A stretch of DNA of 33,506 bases from an uncultured Thermoprotei archaeon (GTDB lineage: Archaea; Thermoproteota; Thermoprotei; Thermofilales; B15-G2): assembly GCA_965367815.1 (NCBI GenBank), contig CBDUKN010000025.1:1-33506 (forward strand). The letters run 5' to 3'. A program made the position numbers and the translations under genes. Every line of letters starts with the position of its first letter. Position 1 is the first letter of the stretch. The notes below the pieces were generated by a model. That model was not told where the DNA came from and did not search any database. It worked only from the letters and a program-made list of their open reading frames with translations. Below are positions 25,783 through 33,506 of the stretch, one piece after another.

Positions 25783-26974
25783 ACAGTTCTACCTCTACTA
25801 CTTCTCCTTCATCAAAACCCTCAAGATCCTCGGGAACAACAACAAAACCATTTCCCAAAACTAAGCTCCTAAGAGAACCTGATCCCCCTACAGTTAGAGG
25901 CTCGGCATAAAGACTACCATTTTTAGTAAAAACTTTGACTCTAGCAAATCCTCTGAAACCTAGCTTAACAGTAATCTTTTTCGTAAGCTTGGCTCTAACA
26001 GTAGGTCTAGGCAAATACTTTACGCCGATCCACTTCTCTAAAATCGGTTTAACCACTAGCTCTAAGCCAGCTAAAGCAGCTACAGGCAACCCGCTTAAGT
26101 TTACTACTAGCTTTCCTTTAATAGAGGAAAGAGCTGTAGTTTTGCCCGGCTGAATAGCTATTCCATGTATATGTGCCTCAGGCCCTAGTTTCTTGACGGC
26201 TTTAACGCTATAGTCTTTTGACCCGAGAGAGCTGCCGCCACATAAGACTACTATATCGTTTTCTTCGAGAAGCTCTTTTAAGAGACTAGCTATTTCATGG
26301 GGGTCATCTCCGGCTATGAGAATTTCTTTAACATCGATAGCATGTTCATAAAGCCATCCTTCAACTATTCTTCTAGTAAATGGCACTGCTTTTCCTCGCA
26401 CAAACTCGTCTCCAGTGCATATAACTGAAGCCTTTATGTATAGCACGGGAACCGCATCAAAACCTAGAGCCTCCAAGGCAGCTAAGTGCCAAGGTCTAAT
26501 TAAGTCTCCTCGCCTTAAGATTACATCTCCTTTAGCTAACTCCTCTCCGGGAAGAGAGACGTTTTCATATTTGCTTACTTTCCTGTAGATCATTATCTCA
26601 CTATTTCTCCTAACTGTATCCTCTACTCTAACAACAGAGTCTGCTCCCTCAGGGAGAAAGCCTCCGGTCTCTATGGCCACTCCTTCTCCAGACCCTATCC
26701 TCACTGAAATTTTTTCTCCAGAGTATATGTGATATGGAAGGAGCTTAATTAGAACGGGACTAGTGTAAGAAGCTTCTTCACAATCCTCGCTTCTGACAGC
26801 ATAGCCATCCATGGTTGCCTTCATGTATGGAGGAAAATTCTTGTTTGAGACAATGTCTGCTCCACATATTTTATTTAAAGCATCTTCGAGGGACAAATGT
26901 ACCATACAGAAATCTCTTTTAAGCAGATTAGATACTTTTTCTACAACATCGTGCACTCTAGTTAATTTCCACAT
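25769..26974 (-). CDS. moeA: Molybdopterin molybdotransferase MoeA
   Basis: ATMDGYAV, TGDE, GGSSLGSKD, PGK, LSGLPVAA. Confidence 0.93.
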   Translation of the reverse strand: MWKLTRVHDVVEKVSNLLKRDFCMVHLSLEDALNKICGADIVSNKNFPPYMKATMDGYAVRSEDCEEASYTSPVLIKLLPYHIYSGEKISVRIGSGEGVAIETGGFLPEGADSVVRVEDTVRRNSEIMIYRKVSKYENVSLPGEELAKGDVILRRGDLIRPWHLAALEALGFDAVPVLYIKASVICTGDEFVRGKAVPFTRRIVEGWLYEHAIDVKEILIAGDDPHEIASLLKELLEENDIVVLCGGSSLGSKDYSVKAVKKLGPEAHIHGIAIQPGKTTALSSIKGKLVVNLSGLPVAALAGLELVVKPILEKWIGVKYLPRPTVRAKLTKKITVKLGFRGFARVKVFTKNGSLYAEPLTVGGSGSLRSLVLGNGFVVVPEDLEGFDEGEVVEVELYGRI

Positions 26975-27038
26975 TTACTTCCTTAGACTCTACCAGTAGC
27001 CAGATATAAGCGTTATATCTCTCCGGAAACAACGCTCC

Positions 27039-27884
27039 CTACACGTATTCTTCTTCGTGTGTAGCTTCACGCTTGTATTCCTCAATAAATTCTCTTAGCG
27101 CAGCAAAAGCTTTCTCTCTGTTTTCGGCCGAAGCCGACGCCACTATAATAGTATCGCCAGGCACTAATGTTCCCGACGACAGCATCACATCTATTTTCAC
27201 ACCATATTTTAAAGATACTTTCTCTGCAATAGCCTTTAGAGAATCCCTGTTAATACCTGCTTTAAACCAAAGCACTCTTTTCCCTTTAGACACTTCCTTG
27301 ACTTTTCCTATGAAAATGCAGATAGCGGGGTCTCTAGTAGACAGAATTTTCTTCATAAAAAGCTGGACATCTTCTATGTCCAGTTTATCTTTTGCCAAAA
27401 CTTCTGCTTTACCCCAGTGAGAGACACCTCTCAGTGTTTCAAGGGCATGTTCAGCTACAGGAAGAATAATTTCTTTCAAAGCCTGCCTAACTGCCGTTGG
27501 TTTACCTGGAACCACGAAAACTAGAGAAGAGCCAATAGTGCCCGCTAAAGCTCTAGACAAAATAGTTTTTACACCCACATCTTTGAAAGATATATTTCTA
27601 AATATTTCGCCGAAACCCTCCAGCTTTTTTTCTAATAGAGGCTCAATAGCCTCTACCGAGAGATCTCTAGGCCCTAGCCCTGTTCCTCCACAGATAACTA
27701 CTATATCTGAGCGTAAAGACTCTTCAAGCACTTTAATTTGAATAAGTCTCTTCTCATTCGGAACAACATAATGACTTATTTCACCTACATGGTCGCCTAC
27801 AGCCTCCTTGACTACATGAAGAATACTGTCAAGAGACCTGTCAATAAAGACTCTATCACTTACTATTATCAGCGAAAGTCTCAC
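27039..27884 (-). CDS. moaB: MoaB/MogA domain fused to a divergent MoaE-like domain
   Basis: IVSDR, GGTGLGPRD, LEGFGEIFR, LSRA.AG, PGKP; C-terminal IFIGKVK...GTLVPGD...NREKAF..L.FIEEYK. Confidence 0.85.
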   Translation of the reverse strand: MRLSLIIVSDRVFIDRSLDSILHVVKEAVGDHVGEISHYVVPNEKRLIQIKVLEESLRSDIVVICGGTGLGPRDLSVEAIEPLLEKKLEGFGEIFRNISFKDVGVKTILSRALAGTIGSSLVFVVPGKPTAVRQALKEIILPVAEHALETLRGVSHWGKAEVLAKDKLDIEDVQLFMKKILSTRDPAICIFIGKVKEVSKGKRVLWFKAGINRDSLKAIAEKVSLKYGVKIDVMLSSGTLVPGDTIIVASASAENREKAFAALREFIEEYKREATHEEEYV

Positions 27885-27913
27885 AAAATATCTTTACAAG
27901 AAAATATTAAAGG

Positions 27914-28162
27914 TTACCTCGTATCTTCTCTATCGGAAGTCTTAAAGAATTTTAGCGCTACATCTTCGGTAGTTGCTCTCTCAGCTAAATACTCTTTTAA
28001 TGCCTTATAGACCCCCTCCTTTACTCCCTGATAAATAACTGCTAAAAATACCTCCCCCTTGCTTACTCCCTTACTTCTCGCCAAGTCTTCGAAGAGAGAG
28101 TCCAAAGTATCTTTAATGGCCCAGTAAATAGCCTCGTAGACTTTCTCCTCTTTCAGCTCCAC
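27914..28162 (-). CDS. Hypothetical helical protein
   Basis: Overlaps the GNAT stop; internal repeat VYEAI..AIKD / IYQGVKEGVYKALKE. Confidence 0.6.
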   Translation of the reverse strand: MELKEEKVYEAIYWAIKDTLDSLFEDLARSKGVSKGEVFLAVIYQGVKEGVYKALKEYLAERATTEDVALKFFKTSDREDTR

Positions 28163-28656
28163 GTTTCTTGATAAAGAAAAGCCTTTATTGAAACTTTCTC
28201 GGCGAGAGCCTTAATCAATAGTACATCGTCCTCGTAAGCTGACATTTTGACTACAATATCGTAGTCTTTAAAGAAATCTAGAAAATACTCGTAGTATCCT
28301 AGCTTCTTGAATAGTTTTCGTGAAGCAATATTATCTGTTGTTGTTGAAGCGAGTGAAAAGACTGCTTTTCTTCTCTTAAAATAGTCTTCTGCTTTAAGAA
28401 CCATTTGCGACGCTATGCCCTTCCTCCTGTATTCTTTCAGTACTCCAACATAGTATATTACACCGCATTTATGTCCTCTGATTTTCGTAACATAGGCTTC
28501 GAGAAAACCTACTATTCTGCCTTCTTTCTCGGCTACAAACACTTTACTCCTTTTAAGTGCGAGAACCGCGTAGTAGCTGTGCCAAAGATCAAAGATCTTC
28601 TCGACTACTTCCGCTACCTTATCTTCTTCACCGCCTTTAACTTCTCTAACAATCAC
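28153..28656 (-). CDS. GNAT family N-acetyltransferase
   Basis: VFVAEKEGRIVGF, VGVLKEYRRKGIA, NIASRKLFKKLGY. GTG 28656 start avoids overlap with hypD. Confidence 0.88.
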   Translation of the reverse strand: MIVREVKGGEEDKVAEVVEKIFDLWHSYYAVLALKRSKVFVAEKEGRIVGFLEAYVTKIRGHKCGVIYYVGVLKEYRRKGIASQMVLKAEDYFKRRKAVFSLASTTTDNIASRKLFKKLGYYEYFLDFFKDYDIVVKMSAYEDDVLLIKALAEKVSIKAFLYQETWS

Positions 28657-28701
28657 TCTACCCGGAATAAAGTTAATAGTCTTTTTATTCACATAAAGCC
28701 T

Positions 28702-29832
28702 GTGCTTAAAACTCCAATAGAGCTCTATAAGCTTTATAGAGACAGGAAGACGGCAGAGAAAATTGTACGTAAAATTCATGATTTGGCGAAGAGTATTGGG
28801 TATAAAATCAAGATAATGAATTTTTGTGGTACGCACGAGTATACTATTACCTACTACGGTATTAGGAGCCTTATGCCCGAAAACATTGAGCTTGTAGCGG
28901 GCCCAGGGTGTCCTGTCTGTATTGTTCCCGCGAAATATATTGATGTGTGTGTAGACTTAGCCTTAAGCGGAATTACTGTTTTCACTTACGGCGACATGTA
29001 CAGAGTTCCTGGAAGTAAGCTGAGTTTAGCTGAAGCTAGGAGCAGGGGAGGCAAAGTTAAAGTTGTGTATGGTTTTCTCGACGTACTGAAGCACCGTGAG
29101 CTCAAGGAAGCAGTTTTCTTTGGTGTCGGCTTTGAGACTACGCAGCCTACTGTTGCTTCCCGTATTGCTGAAAATTTTGTGCCAAATTCCTTGAAGATTC
29201 TTTCTGCTTACAGGCTTACTCCTCCTATAATGAGGTATTTGCTAGAAAATAATGTTGTTGAATTACATGGAGTTATAGCGCCGGGCCATGTGTCGACTAT
29301 TATAGGGTCTTCTTCATGGGAGTTTCTACCTGAGGAATTTCAAATACCCACAGTTGTAGCAGGGTTTGAGCCAATAGATGTTCTACTAGCTATACTGAAT
29401 ATTGTTGAGCAGATTTTCTCGGGTAAGGCGTATTTGTATAATGAGTACTCTAGAGTAGTTAAGAGAGAAGGAAATATTTTAGCTAAGAAGTATGTAGAAG
29501 AGTGCTTTGAGGTATGTGATGCTTCTTGGAGGGGCATCGGTGTTGTTTCTAGAAGCGGTCTTTCTTTTCGAAAGAAATACGAGAGATATGATGCTGTAGT
29601 AGAATATGGGTTGGATTTAAAGGGCGGAGTAGATATTAAGCCTGGATGCAGGTGCAGCGACGTTATACTGGGTAAAGCTAAGCCCACTGACTGCCCGTTC
29701 TTTATGAAGACATGTACTCCTCGCCATCCCTACGGCCCGTGCATGGTGTCTAGTGAAGGTACTTGTAGCATATGGGCTCGCTACGGCTCACTACCTAGAA
29801 ATAGCGAAGCCGAGGAGAGCGAAGACAAATAG
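28702..29832 (+). CDS. hypD: Hydrogenase maturation protein HypD
   Basis: MNFCGTHE, GPGCPVC, GFETT, PGHVS, GPCMVSSEGTC. GTG 28702 preferred over 28405. Confidence 0.96.
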   Translation: MLKTPIELYKLYRDRKTAEKIVRKIHDLAKSIGYKIKIMNFCGTHEYTITYYGIRSLMPENIELVAGPGCPVCIVPAKYIDVCVDLALSGITVFTYGDMYRVPGSKLSLAEARSRGGKVKVVYGFLDVLKHRELKEAVFFGVGFETTQPTVASRIAENFVPNSLKILSAYRLTPPIMRYLLENNVVELHGVIAPGHVSTIIGSSSWEFLPEEFQIPTVVAGFEPIDVLLAILNIVEQIFSGKAYLYNEYSRVVKREGNILAKKYVEECFEVCDASWRGIGVVSRSGLSFRKKYERYDAVVEYGLDLKGGVDIKPGCRCSDVILGKAKPTDCPFFMKTCTPRHPYGPCMVSSEGTCSIWARYGSLPRNSEAEESEDK

Positions 29833-30378
29833 CAGCTTATATGCCTCGATAATGTCTTGTGCCTCGTATTTAACTACTGATCCAGAGACTCTTTTTACGC
29901 CAGGGACTAGTGACACCACGTCAGCTATTGATGAATCTGTAAAGAATACTTCAAGTTCTACGGGTTCTTTCACCTTAAGAGGCTTTATTTCACCCTTTCT
30001 CACTTTATCTAAGGCTCTTTTAGTCGTTTCAGCTATAAGCCGCCGAGCTTTCTCTGGGTGCAGGTGTCTGGCAGCATACCTGCTAATACCGTACTTAACA
30101 GTCACTACTTCAATGTTTTCGATAACTTCCCTAGCTTCGCTAGTAATCTTGTCGTCTCCTGTAACGAGAGCTACGGGAACATCATAGTGTCCGGCGACGG
30201 CCGCGTTTATATAGAATTCACTTGCTTCAACACCATTTATTTTGACGTAATTGATTGACCTACCGGAAATAGTGTGATCCATTATTGCTCCAGCAGTATG
30301 CTTCTTCGCATGATAGCCTATGAAGAATGCTACGTCGAAACTAGAGTCTATTCCTTCCATCATTACGGCGGGCTTAGG
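29791..30378 (-). pseudogene. dppA: 5'-truncated D-aminopeptidase DppA (peptidase M55)
   Basis: MMEGID..FD..FFIGYHAK, DHTIS, SEFYINA..AG...VPVALVTGD. The N-terminal D-x-E-G and DSH metal-ligand region is absent. Confidence 0.8.
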
Positions 30379-30790
30379 ATAAAGAATCCAAATATTTGAT
30401 ATACAGCTATAGAACACTAACTCGTTATAAAGATGGTTTTCCTCGAAACTACTTTAATATTGTGCTTAAGCATTCTGGAAATTTTCGGGAGGGCGGTTAT
30501 GTTTATTGTTTGTTTTTGTTCCACTAGTATAGGAATCTGTATGGTACTCCCATTAAGCTCTCCTCTACAACGACGATTACTGTGTCACCTTTATCCTTTA
30601 CTATAAGTATTTCTGTAGAATAATGTGTCAAAAATATTTGAGTAATTGCTCAAGTAAAATTGACACTTCTCACAAAACACAAAGTAAATTAAACTCAAAT
30701 ACACGGAGAAAATACTCTCCACATAAAAATTAAAAGGCTTAAGAAAAAGAAAACTGAAACCTACCCAGCTTAAAACAAGCCCCATCAATA

Positions 30791-31076
30791 CTCCCTACTA
30801 TCTTTTAATTATTAAAACTGTAGCTGAAGCCGATAAACTTATACGACAGCTTATACTTTCTATTATCTTTTGATTGTTAATTCATTTTCTCTGCGACTGT
30901 CTCGGGGAACGGGTCTGTCTTTCTATTATCTTTTGATTGTTAATTAACAGTTATAGTTACTTGCACCTGTGGACGGTAGTCCACTACTTTCTATTATATT
31001 TTGATTGTTAATCTTAAGGGTGTAGACTTATGGCAGGAGTCGCTCGTGAGCTTTCTATTATCTTTTGATTGTTAAT
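30791..31076 (-). CRISPR. CRISPR mini-array: 5 x 26-bp repeats (ATTAACAATCAAAAGATAATAGAAAG), 4 spacers (38, 42, 37, 39 nt from the leader end)
   Basis: Repeats at 30856, 30919, 30987 (1 mismatch) and 31051; degenerate trailer repeat at 30791-30816 (20/26 identity). Confidence 0.92.
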
Positions 31077-31150
31077 AGGGTCATTGTTTTTTCTCTTTGG
31101 GATTTTTCCAGAATTATTTGTTTTGGTAGAGGTATTTAAGGGTTTGGCTA
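31077..31150 (-). promoter_or_regulatory. CRISPR leader with BRE/TATA
   Basis: AT-rich; AAACCC-TTAAATA on the minus strand (31133-45); lies opposite the degenerate repeat. Confidence 0.6.
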
Positions 31151-31244
31151 GAGTGTTAATAGTAAAGTAACGTTATCTACAGATATTTCCTGCCTTAATT
31201 CAAGCAAGAGCATTTTCTAGTTTCCCTAACTTTAAAGTCTGAAA

Positions 31245-31970
31245 TTACTCGGCGACAAGTACAATTAAGCCAAATTTATATGAAATAATCTTCTTTAGCC
31301 TGAGTCTTTTCTTCGGCTTAAAAGTGGGCTTTGCTAGTAAAACAGGCAAGTTATCCAAGTTATCTGCACACACAACATAGACTCTTTTACGCGAGTCTCT
31401 AGCACAGCTACTCCACACTACAGGAATATCTACATCAAATACTTCAACTAAACTACCATAACACTTCTCCACAGAATAAGGGCCACTAAAACCACACTTC
31501 GCCGCTAACTCTACTCTCTCTTTATTAGTAAAGTATATTGCTTCCGCTTCAACAATACGCTCTTCACCAGACTTATGTAGATCTAAGGTACCCTCAACAA
31601 CTAAAATATCGTCGTAAACAGGCACAACTACCTTAAACTCCTCTGTCTTGACTCGCTTCAAAGTAAAACTACTATACCTTCTCCTAGCGTCATATAGATT
31701 CACAATAAAGTCTAAGAAAAAGCTGCCATACCATACTCTATCAAGAACACTATTCCTAAAAACCCAAGGAGTATCAAGTAAGCGCTTACTGAGCTCATCT
31801 CTTAAGTAGAGAGCTAGGAAAGCAAAATCACGGTAACTCCACTTACCCACATAAAAGAAACTATAGTCTCTTACATCAAGCCACATTCTACTCATAGCCA
31901 CTGCTACAAGAAACTGCTTATCTAAGCACTCCCACAGCAAATCTAAGCCATACACACTAGAAAAACACAT
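31245..31970 (-). CDS. Hypothetical protein
   Basis: 241-aa ORF with G/T-rich codons; no recognised motif. Confidence 0.55.
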   Translation of the reverse strand: MCFSSVYGLDLLWECLDKQFLVAVAMSRMWLDVRDYSFFYVGKWSYRDFAFLALYLRDELSKRLLDTPWVFRNSVLDRVWYGSFFLDFIVNLYDARRRYSSFTLKRVKTEEFKVVVPVYDDILVVEGTLDLHKSGEERIVEAEAIYFTNKERVELAAKCGFSGPYSVEKCYGSLVEVFDVDIPVVWSSCARDSRKRVYVVCADNLDNLPVLLAKPTFKPKKRLRLKKIISYKFGLIVLVAE

Positions 31971-32109
31971 AAAATAATTTAAAATACACTAAAATACACT
32001 AAAACTACTCCATTGTACTTATTTTTCATTTCCTTTTACTTGCCTAAAGTTTTTATTAAGTTCTTTTAACTCCTTTAAAAATACAGAAAAGAACATAAAG
32101 CAAAAATAT

Positions 32110-32574
32110 TTGCAGTACGCTATACACACTAGCATGGAGCTAAACATTTTTCAAAACTACTTCAATAGTATTCTAAAAAAACTATGGAATAGATTCACTA
32201 AACTAGACCGTGAAATCTCATTCTACACATACATCTGCCTAAAATACGGAATACCTCCAAAAGAACTCTACAACAGCACACTACACCAACACACACTTAT
32301 ACTAAAAAAGAATAGAGTTGAGCTAGAGGAAGTCTATTCCTCTATTTTAAAGAAAATAGGTTCACCTAAAGAAAAGTGGAGTAGTGTTGATAGCTTCGTT
32401 AAAGCAGTTTCACGCGAAGTCAAGTCAGCTCAACACACTAAAACAAAACTAAATTTCATAGAACTAATAGTCTTACGCAATTTACTCAAAAGACAAAACA
32501 TGCGCATAAGCACATCAACTTTCACTAAACTCCTAAAACTATACTTAGAGCTTTTAGAGAAAAGGGGTATTTAA
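32110..32574 (+). CDS. Hypothetical protein (weak tyrosine-recombinase box I resemblance)
   Basis: YICLKYGIPPKELY resembles L..TGxRxxE but lacks the Arg; start uncertain. Confidence 0.45.
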   Translation: MQYAIHTSMELNIFQNYFNSILKKLWNRFTKLDREISFYTYICLKYGIPPKELYNSTLHQHTLILKKNRVELEEVYSSILKKIGSPKEKWSSVDSFVKAVSREVKSAQHTKTKLNFIELIVLRNLLKRQNMRISTSTFTKLLKLYLELLEKRGI

Positions 32575-32634
32575 GTGTCTTCTCTGTACAGAGAGAAACC
32601 TTTATAAATCTTCGCCGAGCGATTCTTAGACGGG

Positions 32635-32922
32635 GTGAAAATGCACTTCAGAATAGTAGTACTTTCCTCGGATAAGTATGCAGAAGACGAAAAATATGAA
32701 ATAAGAGAAAAACTCCAGAAAAGAGTGAAGGCAGACTATATAGACTTCATGGAGTCGTATACTCCAGTCCGCTTCGAGTACTGTTTTAAGGAGAAAGAAT
32801 ACGTGTGGTATACATTCATATACGAAAAAGGAAAGCTGAAATACCTTGGCCTAGGACTAGTTCTTCCTCAAAAATGGGAAGAAAAGTATGAAACAGTACT
32901 AGTATACGACGCCCATATCTAG
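32635..32922 (+). CDS. Hypothetical protein
   Basis: 95-aa ORF preceded by GAAACC-TTTATAAA and a GGGGTGA motif. Confidence 0.55.
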   Translation: MKMHFRIVVLSSDKYAEDEKYEIREKLQKRVKADYIDFMESYTPVRFEYCFKEKEYVWYTFIYEKGKLKYLGLGLVLPQKWEEKYETVLVYDAHI

Positions 32923-33212
32923 CTACTTAATTTTTCTTTTTCTATTCTTTGAGTATTAATTATTTCAGCTATTTTACTTAAATACTCTGCTACAATTTTC
33001 CCTTTCTCAGTAAGCCACACAAGCCTCAAAGGATAAAAAGCAATCTCAGAACGCACTTCAATTAACCCTGCTTCAAGAAGCCTATAGATAATGGCATAGT
33101 CTGTACTACCTATAACTCTAAACAAGTAGCTAACAGAACAAATACCCTTCTTCCTCTTAATTACGAGAAGAGCCATAATCTCGTTTCTACCAAGCTTCCC
33201 CAGAATCTCCAC
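32919..33212 (-). CDS. Winged-helix DNA-binding protein
   Basis: IYRLLEAGLIE...RLVWLTEKGKIVAEYL. Confidence 0.75.
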   Translation of the reverse strand: MEILGKLGRNEIMALLVIKRKKGICSVSYLFRVIGSTDYAIIYRLLEAGLIEVRSEIAFYPLRLVWLTEKGKIVAEYLSKIAEIINTQRIEKEKLSS

Positions 33213-33261
33213 AATCTAAATTATTTAAGCAAACTTAATAAATTCTATTCACTTACATAAA

Positions 33262-33506
33262 CTAGATGTACTTAGTCTTAACAAGTGTAGGGAACTTTAT
33301 TAAAGGAGTATTTTTCGTCGGAAAAATACCATCAGCTATAGTATACTTCAACTGGAGAATAAAAACAGTACACGTAGAAAAACTAAGGCCACTACTAGAT
33401 CTAGAACTCAGTAAAGCAACTCTCATAGCATATACTTCAACCAAGAAACACAGGCAGCTATACAAAAGACTAGCAGAAAAATTCACTAGAATATCGCTCA
33501 TTCCAC
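33262..33506 (-). CDS. Possible partial hypothetical ORF at window edge
   Basis: Frame open to the window end; no motif. Confidence 0.25.
   Translation of the reverse strand, partial: GMSDILVNFSASLLYSCLCFLVEVYAMRVALLSSRSSSGLSFSTCTVFILQLKYTIADGIFPTKNTPLIKFPTLVKTKYI

Noticed and set aside
28405-28836. Apparent 430-nt antisense overlap of GNAT and hypD
   Set aside because: Artefact of longest-ORF starts; GTG 28656 and GTG 28702 give non-overlapping divergent genes.
9336-29832. hypC and hypD about 19 kb apart
   Set aside because: Dispersed hyp genes are common in archaea.
30591-30788. 65-aa Phe/Leu-rich ORF next to the CRISPR array
   Set aside because: Low-complexity product of A-rich skewed DNA; no evidence it is a gene.
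30969-30984. GTGGAC-ggta-GTCCAC hairpin in a spacer
   Set aside because: A 6-bp stem is within chance expectation.

Overview
AT-rich archaeal chromosomal segment, most likely Thermoproteota and possibly Thermofilales-like. That placement is inferred from a tRNA with two introns (one non-canonical), GGTGA Shine-Dalgarno motifs, a C/D-box sRNA and a CRISPR repeat ending in GAAAG. The most unusual element is an eight-gene operon (13714-19521, minus strand) encoding FIVE divergent, tail-less FtsZ/tubulin-family GTPases, a PRC-barrel protein and two unknown small proteins. None of the five keeps the full NxDFAD T7 catalytic motif, and the losses are complementary between two subgroups, which suggests a hetero-polymeric cytoskeletal system. 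The window also contains a RRE/radical SAM/SPASM enzyme coupled to a protein with a 10-Cys tail, a two-intron tRNA-Glu(UUC), a C/D-box guide RNA, a Moco/Wco biosynthesis cluster with a MoaB-MoaE-like fusion, pyk, hypC and hypD. There are several decayed genes (Ser/Thr kinase, thioredoxin reductase, a roadblock operon, 5'-truncated dppA) and a cas-less CRISPR mini-array inside a foreign-looking right-hand region.
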